Notes: generated from the letters alone by a model not told the origin. 64,000 nucleotides of DNA from an uncultured Acidobacteriota bacterium (GCA_963720545.1 OY970399.1:1792001-1856000); one strand, 5' to 3'. Positions 45,907 to 56,120 are shown, counted from the stretch's first letter. Numbers and translations are program-made.

Positions 45907-46931
45907 CCGACCGTGCCCCAGGTGTCGCCGAGCACATAGCCCTCGGGAAAGGGGTCGCGCGGGTCGACGAAGTACTGGTGCAGGCCGGTGATGAATGCCG
46001 AACCCTTCACCGCGGGCACGATCGCCGCACGGCCGGAGACGGTGGTCTCGCGCGCGATGCGGCCGGTGAAGCGCGAGCCGAGGACCGACTCCTGGATCAT
46101 CTCGTCGCCGGTGCGCATCGCGCCGCTTGCGTGCAGCACCGCCAGCCGCGCCGACAGCGCGGTGCCGGTGGGGCTGCGATCGAGCCGCCCCGGCGACACC
46201 ACCACGGCGTTGCGCGTGACACGGCCTTTGCCCGCGAAGGCGCAGGCGAACTGCACGATGCTGACGCGGCTGATCGACGGCATCTCGGGGTGCGCCACAT
46301 CGAGCTGCTCGCGCGCCGCCTGCCGCACTCTCTCGCCCATCGCCGAGATATCGCGGGCCTCGTCGGCGGTCACCCTGAAGCCGAAGGCCGCGGGATCGAC
46401 GATGGCGTAGATCATGCCGCCGTAGGCCACGTCCACCGCCACGGTGCCGACGCCGGGAACCTCCACGGGCGCCTGCAGGCGCAGCACGAAGCTCGGGACG
46501 TTCTCGAACTCGACCGACAGGACGGCGCCGTCGCGGCACTCGGCCGTCACGGCGACGACACCGCCCGGCATGTCCAGCTGCAGCAGCGTGTGCGGTTCGC
46601 GCATCGGCACGATGCCCGTCTCGAGCAGCACGGTGGCGATGCAGATGGTGTTCGAACCCGACATCGGCGGATACTCGGTCGGCTCCATGATGATGGCGCC
46701 GGCCTGGCAATCGGGCCGCGTCGACGGCACCAGCAGGTTCACGTGGCGCGCGACGCTGCCGCGCGGCTCGCGAAGCAGCAGCCTGCGGATGTGGTCGGAC
46801 TCGCGCTCCATCGTGTGCGCCTTGTCGAGCATGGTGGCGCCTGGCGGCGGCAGGACGCCGCCGATGATCACGTCGCCGACTTCGCCGGCCGCATGGCAGC
46901 CGACCACCGTGATCACGCGCTTCGCATTCAT
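45903..46931 (-). CDS. proline racemase superfamily protein, Ser/Thr type (likely trans-3-hydroxy-L-proline dehydratase-like)
   Basis: CHAAGEVG, EPRG, MSGSN in place of MCGH, DRSPTGT in place of DRSPCGT. Confidence 0.85.
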   Translation of the reverse strand: MNAKRVITVVGCHAAGEVGDVIIGGVLPPPGATMLDKAHTMERESDHIRRLLLREPRGSVARHVNLLVPSTRPDCQAGAIIMEPTEYPPMSGSNTICIATVLLETGIVPMREPHTLLQLDMPGGVVAVTAECRDGAVLSVEFENVPSFVLRLQAPVEVPGVGTVAVDVAYGGMIYAIVDPAAFGFRVTADEARDISAMGERVRQAAREQLDVAHPEMPSISRVSIVQFACAFAGKGRVTRNAVVVSPGRLDRSPTGTALSARLAVLHASGAMRTGDEMIQESVLGSRFTGRIARETTVSGRAAIVPAVKGSAFITGLHQYFVDPRDPFPEGYVLGDTWGTVG

Positions 46932-46996
46932 GGCCGGAAGTGCCGGAATGCTAATACGATTGGCTTTTCGCAAACACGACCGAGGAGGCGCCCGCG

Positions 46997-47887
46997 ATGA
47001 CATTGCCTATCCTTGCCGCAACGCTGCTGCTCAGCACCATACAGGCGGCGGCGCCGTCGCCTGCACCCTCGCCGTCGGCGATGCCGACGCCGGTGCTCCC
47101 GCGCAACGAGGCGCTGCCGCCTTCGGACGCACAGGCTAAGGCGGCGCTCGACAGCACGCCCCGCCACGGCGAATACGTAAACATCGACTTCCCCGCCGGC
47201 AACACCAAGCTGCGCACCTTCGTGGTGTTTCCGGAACGCAAGGAGAAGGCACCCGTCGTGATCGTCATTCACGAGGTCTATGGCCTCAGCGACTGGCTGC
47301 GCGGTGTCGCCGACCAGCTCGCAAAGGACGGGTTCATCGCGGTTGCCCCCGACCTCATCACCGGCCTCGGGCCCGGCGGAGGCGGCACCGAGTCGCTGCC
47401 GAGCCGTGACGACGTGGTGAGCGCGATCCGCTCGCTGACGCCGGCGGACGCCACGGCGCGCCTCGACGCGGTGCTCGGCTGGGCGCTGCAGCTGCCTTCC
47501 GCCAGCGGCCGTTCGGCTACCCTCGGCTTCTGCTGGGGCGGCGCGCGCAGTTTCGCATACGCGACCACCCAGCCACGCCTGGACGCCGCCGTCGTCTACT
47601 ACGGCGCGGCGCCCGACGCCGCGGCGCTCGCCAGCATCAAGGCGCCGGTCCTCGGCCTCTACGGCGGCGACGATGAGCGCGTCAACGCGACCATCGAACC
47701 GGCGAAGGCGGAGATCGCGAAGCTCGGCAAGAGTTTCGAGTACGAGATCTACGACGGCGCCGGCCACGGTTTCGTGCGCGCCCAGGGCGACCGCAACGGC
47801 GCCAACCTCAAGGCCATCGAAGCCGCCTGGCCGCGCACCCTTGCTTTCCTGAGGAAGTATCTGAGCGACAATCGCCCACTGCAGTAG
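46997..47887 (+). CDS. exported dienelactone hydrolase family protein
   Basis: Signal peptide; IHEVYG, GFCWGG, GGDD, GAGHGF. Confidence 0.92.
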   Translation: MTLPILAATLLLSTIQAAAPSPAPSPSAMPTPVLPRNEALPPSDAQAKAALDSTPRHGEYVNIDFPAGNTKLRTFVVFPERKEKAPVVIVIHEVYGLSDWLRGVADQLAKDGFIAVAPDLITGLGPGGGGTESLPSRDDVVSAIRSLTPADATARLDAVLGWALQLPSASGRSATLGFCWGGARSFAYATTQPRLDAAVVYYGAAPDAAALASIKAPVLGLYGGDDERVNATIEPAKAEIAKLGKSFEYEIYDGAGHGFVRAQGDRNGANLKAIEAAWPRTLAFLRKYLSDNRPLQ

Positions 47888-47909
47888 TCCATGCGCGGAG
47901 GGCGAACTC

Positions 47910-48710
47910 ATGAAAGCAATGACACTGGTGATGGCAGCGGTGCTGGTGCTCGCGGCGGCGGACACCCGCGCCGGCGGCGACGAGGCGCTCGCGGCCACGG
48001 TGCGCAGGATCCAGGCGGCGGACTACGGCAACGACCAGGCAGCGCTCGGCAAGTTCGCGGAGGAGCTGGCGCGCGGCGGCTCCGGCGAGGAGGTGGCGTA
48101 CCGCCGCTACTGGCGCGGCTTCGCGCTGTGGCGCAAGGCCATCAATGCCCTGAACGAAACCCCGCCGCCGCCGGGGGCGGCCGACGATGCGCGCGCCGGG
48201 ATCGCCAGCTTCCGCGAGGCGCTCGTCGCCAGGCCCGACTGGATCGAGGCCCATATCGGCATCGCCGGCTGCGCGCCGCTGCTGCTGTTCCTTGCCGCGA
48301 CCGATGCGGACCGCCAGGCGGTGCTCAAGGATTTCCTGCCCACATGGCAGGTCGTGCGCGACCGCAGCGCCGGCAATCCGCGCGCCTTGTGGGAGATGGG
48401 CCAGTCGCAGCTCGCCGGAAATCCGCGGCAGGCGCCCGATCCCGCGAAGGCGCGCGAGCTCTTTCGTCAGGGTGTCGAAGCGGCGCTCGCCGAGGCGCGC
48501 GCCGCGCAGGGCGCCGTGCCGGACGCGGTGCCGCGCTGGGGCGGGGCCGAGAACCTCATGAACCTCGCCTACCTCCACACACACACGGCGCTCAAAGACC
48601 GCGATCTCGCGACGGCCTATGCCGAGGGTGCGCTGGTCGCGGCGCCCAACTGGCACTACGTCCGCGACCTCCTGTGGCCGCAGATTCAGGCACTGCCAGC
48701 CCGGCCGTAA
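47910..48710 (+). CDS. exported alpha-helical (TPR-like) hypothetical protein
   Basis: GGAGG RBS, signal peptide, helical Ala/Trp/Tyr pattern. Confidence 0.65.
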   Translation: MKAMTLVMAAVLVLAAADTRAGGDEALAATVRRIQAADYGNDQAALGKFAEELARGGSGEEVAYRRYWRGFALWRKAINALNETPPPPGAADDARAGIASFREALVARPDWIEAHIGIAGCAPLLLFLAATDADRQAVLKDFLPTWQVVRDRSAGNPRALWEMGQSQLAGNPRQAPDPAKARELFRQGVEAALAEARAAQGAVPDAVPRWGGAENLMNLAYLHTHTALKDRDLATAYAEGALVAAPNWHYVRDLLWPQIQALPARP

Positions 48711-48719
48711 CATCGGGGC

Positions 48720-49955
48720 ATGGTCAAGGCCTCGGCGCTCGCCGTCCTGCTGGTCCTGGTGGTGCTGTTCGCCGCCACCTCGTTCACGAAGTCGGAGGAA
48801 CGCGAGCGCACCGCGGCGCGCTATTTCACCAGCGGTGAGATCGCGCGCGGGCAGCAATACTCGCGCGGCGGCCGCCTGCTCTTCTGGTCGGCGACGGCTC
48901 TCGACCTCCTGGTGCTGGCCGCGCTCGCGGCGACATCCTTCGGCGCGCGCCTGGTGCGCGGCGCCGAAAGCCTCGCCGGCGGCCGGTTCGTGCTCGCGGT
49001 GCTCGCAGTCGCGGCGATCGCCTTCCTGGTGGAACAGCTCGTCTCGTTGCCGCTCGCGGTCTACGCGGGCTTCGTGCGGCAGAAAGCCTGGGGCCTCACC
49101 GACCGTACGTTCGGCTCGTGGGCTTCCGACTACGGCAAGGCGACGCTGCTCTCGATCGTCATCGGCGCCGTCCTCACCGCAGGTTTCTACCTGCTGCTGC
49201 GCCACCTGCCACGCGCCTGGTGGATCGCGGCCGGTGTCGGCAGCGGCGGCGTCGGCGTGGTGCTCGCGTGGCTGCTGCCGCTGGTGATCGCACCGCTCTT
49301 CAACACCTTCACGCCGCTTGCGAACACCGAGTGGGCGCCGCTGGAGCCCGACGTCCGCGCCATGCTGCAGCGCGCCAACCTGCCGGTGCGCGAAGTGCTG
49401 GTGATGGATGCCTCACGCCAGGGGCGCAACACCAACGCCTATTTCAGCGGCTTCGGCCGCAGCCGCCGCATCGTCCTCTACGACACGCTGCTGCAAAGCC
49501 ACACCGGGCCGGAGGTGCTTTCGATCCTCGCCCACGAGACCGGCCACTGGACGCACAATCACATCGTCAAGGGTCTCGTCCTTGGCACGCTCGGCGCATT
49601 CTTCGGCTTCTTCCTGCTCGACCGCATCCTGCGCGCCTGCATCGGCCTGGCACCTCTCAACCTGCGCGCTCTCGACGATCCGGCCGGGCTGCCGCTGGTG
49701 CTGCTGCTGTCGCTTCTCGGCAGCCTCGCGGCGATGCCGATCGCCAACGGCATAAGCCGCATGTTCGAGGCCGAAGCCGACCGCACGGCGCTCGAGACGG
49801 GCGGCGATCCACAGGTGTTCATCGAGGCGGAGAGGCGCCTGGTGCGCGACAACATCGGCGACCCGACGCCGTCCGACGTCCGCGTCCTGTTCTTCGCCGA
49901 TCACCCGCCGGCGCTCGACCGCATCGCGGCGGCCGAGGCTTTCAAGGCGCGCTAG
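48720..49955 (+). CDS. M48 family (Ste24-like) membrane metallopeptidase
   Basis: NAYFSGFG, RIVLYDTL, LAHETGH, EAEAD, DHPP. Confidence 0.93.
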   Translation: MVKASALAVLLVLVVLFAATSFTKSEERERTAARYFTSGEIARGQQYSRGGRLLFWSATALDLLVLAALAATSFGARLVRGAESLAGGRFVLAVLAVAAIAFLVEQLVSLPLAVYAGFVRQKAWGLTDRTFGSWASDYGKATLLSIVIGAVLTAGFYLLLRHLPRAWWIAAGVGSGGVGVVLAWLLPLVIAPLFNTFTPLANTEWAPLEPDVRAMLQRANLPVREVLVMDASRQGRNTNAYFSGFGRSRRIVLYDTLLQSHTGPEVLSILAHETGHWTHNHIVKGLVLGTLGAFFGFFLLDRILRACIGLAPLNLRALDDPAGLPLVLLLSLLGSLAAMPIANGISRMFEAEADRTALETGGDPQVFIEAERRLVRDNIGDPTPSDVRVLFFADHPPALDRIAAAEAFKAR

Positions 49956-51217
49956 CGCCGGGTCAGCGCCAGCACCAGCAGCAAGGCGCGCTGCGTCCCC
50001 TTCCACGAGTCGGTCGAGTCGAACATCTCGTGAACCGAATGGCCGGCGGTGCCGTTGCCGCCGCCGTCGATGGTGAGCGCCGGCACACCGAGCGCCATCG
50101 GGATGTTGGAGTCGGTGGTGGCAAGGAAGGTGAAGTCCTTGAGGCCCAGCGCCTTCGTCACCGCATGAGTCGCGACCACGATCGCCGCATCCGCCGCAGT
50201 TTGTCCGGGCACACGCGAGCCGATGTCCTTCATTTCCACCGCCACCGGCTTGTTGCCGTCCCAGCGAGCGTTCTCCTCGGCGACGGCGTCCGCCACCGCC
50301 TTCTGGAACTGCACGTTGATGGCATCGAGCGCCGCGCGGTCGTGCGAGCGCATGTCCACCTCGAACCAGGCCTCGCCGGCGATCGAGTTCACGGACGTGC
50401 CGCCGCCGACCAGGCCTACGCTGAACGTGGTGCGCGGATCGGCGGGTGCCTGGAACTGCGCCACTTTCGCGATGGCGCGGCCAAGCGCGAACATCGGATT
50501 CGCCATGCCGAAGGAGAAGTAGCTGTGGCCGCCGGGACCGCGGAAAGTGACGCGGTAACGGAAGGCGCCGACGCCGACGTGGGTGAAGCCCTCGCCCGAG
50601 CCGTCGATCGAGATGAAGCGGTCGATCTGCCCCTTCATGCCGTCGTTGAAGAGGTAGGTGACCCCGCGCAGGTTGCCCTTCGCCTCCTCGCCGACGTTGG
50701 CGACGAAGGTGACCGGGCCCTCGGTCTGCAGGTTGGTCTTCTGCAGCGTGCGGATGACGCCGAGGAGCGCCGCCAGCCCGCGGCAGTTGTCGCCGATGCC
50801 GGGCCCCGTGAACTTGTCGCCCTCGCGCGGGAACTTCAGTTCGGTCTCGGCGGGAAAGACGGTGTCGAGGTGCGCAGCCATCACGAGCCGCGGGCCCGGG
50901 GCGCGGCCCGCCCTCGTGGCGATGACGTTGCCGACCGCATCGACGCGAACGTCCTTCAGGCCCGCATCCTCGAACAGCTTCTTCACGGCCGCGCCGCGCA
51001 GCGTTTCCTCATTGGACGGCGCCGGAATTTCGCAGAGGCGCACCTGGTCGAGGAGCAACTGCGGCTCGTCGCGCTTGACGACGTCCATCGCGGCCTTGAC
51101 GGCGGGGTCCGCGAGCAGGAGCGTGCCGATATCGGCCGCGCCCTCCTGCGCGGCTGCGGGGGCGACTGCGAGTGCGGCGAGTGCGCCGGCGGTTGCGGCA
51201 CGCTGGGCGAAATTCAC
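49952..51217 (-). CDS. exported M20 family metallopeptidase/amidohydrolase
   Basis: AHLDTVF, GIGDN, VGEE, ISIDG, GGHS, TDSN, GHSVHE. Confidence 0.9.
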   Translation of the reverse strand: MNFAQRAATAGALAALAVAPAAAQEGAADIGTLLLADPAVKAAMDVVKRDEPQLLLDQVRLCEIPAPSNEETLRGAAVKKLFEDAGLKDVRVDAVGNVIATRAGRAPGPRLVMAAHLDTVFPAETELKFPREGDKFTGPGIGDNCRGLAALLGVIRTLQKTNLQTEGPVTFVANVGEEAKGNLRGVTYLFNDGMKGQIDRFISIDGSGEGFTHVGVGAFRYRVTFRGPGGHSYFSFGMANPMFALGRAIAKVAQFQAPADPRTTFSVGLVGGGTSVNSIAGEAWFEVDMRSHDRAALDAINVQFQKAVADAVAEENARWDGNKPVAVEMKDIGSRVPGQTAADAAIVVATHAVTKALGLKDFTFLATTDSNIPMALGVPALTIDGGGNGTAGHSVHEMFDSTDSWKGTQRALLLVLALTRR

Positions 51218-51960
51218 CTGGAAGCTTCCGGGAGGATGGCGGCGACAGGTTCGCGCCCGGCGAAGCGGATCGCCGCTCGCGCCAGGATGTCCGACGGATC
51301 GAAGACCGGCACTTCGAGATCCTGTTGCGACAGCACGAGCGGCAGCTCGGTGCAGCCGAGGATGATGCCCTGAGCGCCACGCGTGATGAGCCCCGCGGCC
51401 ACCTCAATGAGCGACGCCGTGATGGCGGCGCGGGCGGCGCCCGCCGCCGATGCCGACGACTTGATGGCGCGGATGGCCGCGAGCACGCGGTCCTGCGCCT
51501 CGCTCTCGGGCACCAACACCGAGGCGCCTTCGCGGGCGAGGCGGTCCTGGAAGAGGCGCGCGTCCACCGTGCCCGAGGTAGCCAGCAGGCCGATGCGCGC
51601 CACCGCCGGCCGCGTGGCGCGGATCGCTTCGGCTGTGGTGTCGAGCATCGACACGAAGGGAATCCCGGTTCTCCCCGCGACTTCGGCGAGGAAGGCGTGC
51701 GCCGTGACGCACGGCATGACGACAAAGTCGGCGCCGGCGCGCTGCAACGCCGCGGCGCCTCTCGCCATCTGCGCCACCGGCGACTCCCCGCCGTCCAGGA
51801 GCGCCTCGGTACGGTCGGGCGTCTTGGCGTTCGAGTCGATGACGACGCGCAGGTGGTCCTGGTCCCTGGCCGCGGGCGTGTTGGCGATGAGCCGCGAGTA
51901 GAAGGCGGCGGTCGCCTCCGGCCCCATGCCGCCGAGCACGCCCACAACCTTCTCGCTCAT
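51214..51960 (-). CDS. aspartate/glutamate racemase family protein
   Basis: GGMGPEAT, MPCVTAH and LGCTELP (both catalytic Cys). Confidence 0.92.
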   Translation of the reverse strand: MSEKVVGVLGGMGPEATAAFYSRLIANTPAARDQDHLRVVIDSNAKTPDRTEALLDGGESPVAQMARGAAALQRAGADFVVMPCVTAHAFLAEVAGRTGIPFVSMLDTTAEAIRATRPAVARIGLLATSGTVDARLFQDRLAREGASVLVPESEAQDRVLAAIRAIKSSASAAGAARAAITASLIEVAAGLITRGAQGIILGCTELPLVLSQQDLEVPVFDPSDILARAAIRFAGREPVAAILPEASR

Positions 51961-52958
51961 AGCGAGCTGCGCGGTTCGAGCAAGCCGCAGAGCACGGTCT
52001 CGCTCGCGTAGCAGAGGCAGCGGATCGCCATGCGGCCGATGAGGTACGCCTGGCCGAGCGCGAAGGTGGCGATGACGGCGAAGGCCGAGCCGTGCGCGGC
52101 GCCGGGGACGACCGCCGCGTAGACGGCGAGGAGCGCCAGCCAGAGGAGGCCGATGAGCAGGTACAGACCGCCGGCACGGCGCGGATGCCGCCACACGAAG
52201 CGCGCGCCGCGGAACGCTCCGCCAGCGGCAGCGCCGAGCCACGAAGCGTCCTGGTTGCGCACCGCAAGGATTTTCGCGTAGTCGAGGACCACATTCAGCA
52301 GCAGGATCAAGGACCAGAGAAAGGCGTACTCGGCGGCGGTCGCGGCGAACTGCCAGCGCTCGTCGGTCGATTCCCGCAGCAGCCGCGCCACCACGTCGTC
52401 GAGCGTGCCACGCAGCGGGCCGAGCACCAGCCAGTAGCCCGCGAGCCCGAGGAGTGCCAGCGTGAACACGCGCGGAAATGCCCAGCCGGCGCGCTGCAGG
52501 AAGCCGCCGCCGCGGCGCCCGGCGAAGGTCGCGACGAAACCGCCGTTCAGGAACGCCACCGAGAACAAGTAGAGCAGAACCACCGGCAGCAGCACCGCCG
52601 CCGGACCTCCCAGGAGCGTGGTAACGAAGCCGTCGAGGAGCGAGTCGAGCGAGTCGAGGATGGCGCCGATGCCGCTGACGGTCGGGCGCAGGGTTGCCGC
52701 GACGCCGGTCGCCTGCGCTGAGAAGCTGTAGGACCACAGCGAATCCCAGCCCTGGCGCATGCGCGCGCCCGCCAGGCTCGAACCGAGGCTCCGGACCACG
52801 GCGTCGTTGACGATCGCGCCGAGACACACGGCGATCGAAAGGTTCCAGGCCCAGGCGAAGAGCAGCGGCTTGCGCACGTTGCGCAGGTGGGCGATGCCGC
52901 CGCGCAGCGACGCGCGCACCAGCGGCTGGGACTCCGGCTTGCCCGCCCTCACGCTCAT
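51957..52958 (-). CDS. hypothetical multi-pass membrane protein
   Basis: 333 aa, 6-7 hydrophobic segments, LDYAKI; ATGA-coupled on both sides. Confidence 0.75.
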   Translation of the reverse strand: MSVRAGKPESQPLVRASLRGGIAHLRNVRKPLLFAWAWNLSIAVCLGAIVNDAVVRSLGSSLAGARMRQGWDSLWSYSFSAQATGVAATLRPTVSGIGAILDSLDSLLDGFVTTLLGGPAAVLLPVVLLYLFSVAFLNGGFVATFAGRRGGGFLQRAGWAFPRVFTLALLGLAGYWLVLGPLRGTLDDVVARLLRESTDERWQFAATAAEYAFLWSLILLLNVVLDYAKILAVRNQDASWLGAAAGGAFRGARFVWRHPRRAGGLYLLIGLLWLALLAVYAAVVPGAAHGSAFAVIATFALGQAYLIGRMAIRCLCYASETVLCGLLEPRSSL

Positions 52959-54976
52959 GAGAAGAACGCCGCCGAGTCGAGCAGGCTTTGCAGCCAGATC
53001 GCCCACTTCGAGGTCCACTTGAGCGCACCCATGGCGCCCTCCGGCCGGCTCGTCCAGGAATTGTTGGTGTGGTTCACGTCGAGCGTGAGCACGTAGCGCG
53101 GGTCGATCTCGACCGTGCGCACGGCGCTCGGGCGGAGGTAGGTGTAGCGGTGCCAGCGCGCGCGGCCGTCCCATTCCTCGTTCACGACGCTGCCGTCGGC
53201 AAATGTCACCCGCACCTCTACCGGGAAGGTTGCGCCGCCGAAGCGGCGCACGTCCACGGTCGACAGGACCTGCGCGGCTTCGCTCCTGCCCCCGGCGCCG
53301 CCCACCTGCCACACGGAGCCGCCGTCCTTGCCGTCCGTGTCGACATACCCGCGCGGGGGACCTTGCGGCCGCGAGGCGACACGATCGACCGCGTAGTCGT
53401 AGAGCTCGGTGCCGCGGAACGCCTGCTCCCAGAAGAAGCCGAGATCGCGGCCGCTCACTTCGTTGGCGACGGCGAAGAAGTCTTCCGGCTTCGGGTGCTT
53501 GAACCAATAGCGCTGCGCGAAGGTGGCCATGATGCGGCGCATCGTTTCCCAGCCAAGGTAGCGCTCCAGCGTGACGAGCGCCATGCCGCCCTTGGTGTAG
53601 GACAGCAGGTAGTAGGTGCGCTCGTCGTAGCGGAAGGAAGGTGTTGCGATCGACTCGAACGTCAGCGCCGAGCGCGGGCCGTCGAACGGATCGGCGCCGT
53701 GGGTGTTCTGCGCGCGCGGCAGGTCGAGGAATGCCACCGGCAGGAAGTCGTGGAAGTAGCGCTTCTCGACGAAGCTCGGGCGGTAGAGCTCCTCGAGGAC
53801 GCGCTTGTGCGAGTAGGTGTTCATCGCCTCGTCGAGCCACGAGTCCTCGAACTCGTTGTTGGCGACGGCCCCCTGCCACCACATGTGGCCGACTTCGTGA
53901 ATGGTGTTGGCCTCGGCCAGCCGGTTGACCGCGAGCGTCGGCCAGCGCGACTCGCCGGTCACGAACATCGGGTATTCCATGCCGCCGGTGTCGGCACCCC
54001 ACGGCGGGTCCACGACCGTGATGCGATGCCAGGCATAGGGATGGAACCACTCGCCGTAGAGGCGCAGCGTGTCCTTGGTGCACTGGATGTAGCGCTCACG
54101 CAGCGACGCGTGATCGGGCAGCAGCAGCAGCTCGATGTCCACTGGCGGCAGGCCGGGGTTCTCGAAGCGGTCGTTATATATGGTGAAGTGTGGGGAGGCG
54201 GTCCAGGCGAAGTCGTGGACGCCCTGCGCCGTGAAGCGGTGCCGCGTGGTGCCGTCGGCGTTCTGCACCGCGGGATGCCGGTCGCCGGTGGCGCCGACCA
54301 CGAAGCGCGCGGGCACGTCGAGGGTGACGTCGTAGTCGCCGAAGTCGGCGAAGAACTCGGTCTGGATGAACTGGTGAGTGTTCCAGCCGCCGGCTTCGTA
54401 GACGCCCACCTTCGGGAACCACTGCGCCATCAGGTAGTAGTCGCCAACCACGCCGGTGCGCGCGAACGGCCGCGGGATCTTGAGGCGGAAGTCGATCGCG
54501 ACGCGCACCGTTTCGCCTGGCTGCGCCGGCGCGGGCAGCGAAACCCGCAGCACGGTGCGGTCGTCGGGGTTGCGGTCGTCGGGCTGGATGAAGGCGGTCG
54601 GCAGCGCTCCGCCTGTCGGCGCGCCGCTCGTCCCGAGCAGCTTCACGGAAGACACTACGTTTTCCGCCCAGTCGTTCTCGCCCCAGTTGCGGATCGGAAA
54701 CGGCGCGCCGCGCAGTGCGGCGGCCTTCATCCACGACGAGCGGGAGTTGCGCCAGGCGTTGTAGTAAAGGTGCAGCTGCAGCTCGCTGGTGGCGGCTTGC
54801 TGAACGTTCGTCCAGGTGAGCACTTCGCTGCCGGTGAGCGTGCGCTCCTGCGGCTCGAGGCGCGCGCGGATCTCATAGCTCGCGATCTTCGGCGGTCGTG
54901 CCAGGGGCGCCGGTACGACCGGCGCGGCAAGCGCGGGCGCCGCGGCGAGCGCCGCCGCGAGATAGCTCAACCACAT
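52955..54976 (-). CDS. exported M1 family aminopeptidase
   Basis: AQWFPK, VHDFAW, GGMEYP, HEVGH followed by WLDE, YTKG. Confidence 0.93.
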   Translation of the reverse strand: MWLSYLAAALAAAPALAAPVVPAPLARPPKIASYEIRARLEPQERTLTGSEVLTWTNVQQAATSELQLHLYYNAWRNSRSSWMKAAALRGAPFPIRNWGENDWAENVVSSVKLLGTSGAPTGGALPTAFIQPDDRNPDDRTVLRVSLPAPAQPGETVRVAIDFRLKIPRPFARTGVVGDYYLMAQWFPKVGVYEAGGWNTHQFIQTEFFADFGDYDVTLDVPARFVVGATGDRHPAVQNADGTTRHRFTAQGVHDFAWTASPHFTIYNDRFENPGLPPVDIELLLLPDHASLRERYIQCTKDTLRLYGEWFHPYAWHRITVVDPPWGADTGGMEYPMFVTGESRWPTLAVNRLAEANTIHEVGHMWWQGAVANNEFEDSWLDEAMNTYSHKRVLEELYRPSFVEKRYFHDFLPVAFLDLPRAQNTHGADPFDGPRSALTFESIATPSFRYDERTYYLLSYTKGGMALVTLERYLGWETMRRIMATFAQRYWFKHPKPEDFFAVANEVSGRDLGFFWEQAFRGTELYDYAVDRVASRPQGPPRGYVDTDGKDGGSVWQVGGAGGRSEAAQVLSTVDVRRFGGATFPVEVRVTFADGSVVNEEWDGRARWHRYTYLRPSAVRTVEIDPRYVLTLDVNHTNNSWTSRPEGAMGALKWTSKWAIWLQSLLDSAAFFS

Positions 54977-54983
54977 CGGGGCG

Positions 54984-56120
54984 CTACCAGCCGTACTCGG
55001 CGATGGCCTTCTTGCCGATCTCGCCGACCGGTTCCCACTTGTCGCCGTTCGTCATGATGGCGATGCCGTTGCCGCCCTCGACGCTGGCGAGCAGCCAGCA
55101 GATGTAGCCGGCGTTGCCGCCGGTGTGGCCGAAGAAGCGGCGTACGTCGTCTTCCTTGCGGAACAGCTCGAAGCCGAGGCCGAAGTTGAACTCCTTCACT
55201 GGCGAGACCGCGGTGGTCATCGCGAGCGCCAGCTCTTTCGACAGCAGCTTGTCGTTCCTGCCGAGGCGCGCTTTCTGGATGGCGATCCCGGCGCGCGCCA
55301 GGTCGCTCGCCGTCGTGTAGAGCCCCGCGGCCGCCATCTCCGGATACGTGTGCCGCTCGCCGGGAATGACGACGCCGCCCTCGTGGCCGGCGCTCGCAAC
55401 TGCTAGGCGCGACGCAGGCAGCGGCTGCTCGTAGGTGCTCTCCTTCATGCCGACGCGGTCGAGCACCATGCGCTTGATGATTGCCGGATACGGCTCGTTC
55501 AGCAGCTCGGTGACCATGAGCTGCATGATGGTGGTGCCGCCGCCGGAGTATTCGAGCTGCGCGCCCGGCTTCATCGTGACGCGCACCGCCTCGGAGTTGG
55601 CGGGCGGCAGTCCGTCGAGCACCTGCTGCACCGTCGGCACCGGCACGCCCGCGGCGTAGCCCTTGAAGCCGTGGACGTTGGTGCCGGCCGTGTGGCTCAT
55701 CAGCCGGCGCAGCGTCACCGGGTTGTCCTTCGTCAGCTCGTTCTCGGGCAGCTGCCAGCTCTTCAGGTAGGCGTTGACGTTGCGGTCGAGGTCGAGCTTG
55801 CCCGCGCGCACCAGCTGCAAGGTGGCGATGCCGGCGATCGGCTTGCTGATCGACGCGGCCTGGAACAGCGTGTGCGTGTCTACTGGCTTCTTCGTGTCGG
55901 CGTTGGCGACGCCGAAGCCCTGCGCCCAGACGATCTTGAAGTTCTGGAACACGGCGATGCTGACGCCGGGAACCTTGAACTTTTCCTGGATCTCGGGAAT
56001 CGCCCTTTGCAGCGCTGCGCGATGCGGATCGGCGGCCGGTGCGGCCGCCGCCGCCGCGGGCCGCGCCGCCGGAATGAGCAGCGCGGCGGCGAACGCCAGG
56101 GTGCGGAAGCGGAAGGTCAT
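54984..56120 (-). CDS. exported serine hydrolase (class C beta-lactamase / D-peptidase fold)
   Basis: FQAASISK (SxxK), LMSHTAG, YSGGG, GHTGGN. Confidence 0.9.
   Translation of the reverse strand: MTFRFRTLAFAAALLIPAARPAAAAAAPAADPHRAALQRAIPEIQEKFKVPGVSIAVFQNFKIVWAQGFGVANADTKKPVDTHTLFQAASISKPIAGIATLQLVRAGKLDLDRNVNAYLKSWQLPENELTKDNPVTLRRLMSHTAGTNVHGFKGYAAGVPVPTVQQVLDGLPPANSEAVRVTMKPGAQLEYSGGGTTIMQLMVTELLNEPYPAIIKRMVLDRVGMKESTYEQPLPASRLAVASAGHEGGVVIPGERHTYPEMAAAGLYTTASDLARAGIAIQKARLGRNDKLLSKELALAMTTAVSPVKEFNFGLGFELFRKEDDVRRFFGHTGGNAGYICWLLASVEGGNGIAIMTNGDKWEPVGEIGKKAIAEYGW

Noticed and set aside
54984..56120. True class C beta-lactamase resistance gene
   Set aside because: Has YSG and HTG rather than YxN and KTG, and lies in a catabolic locus.
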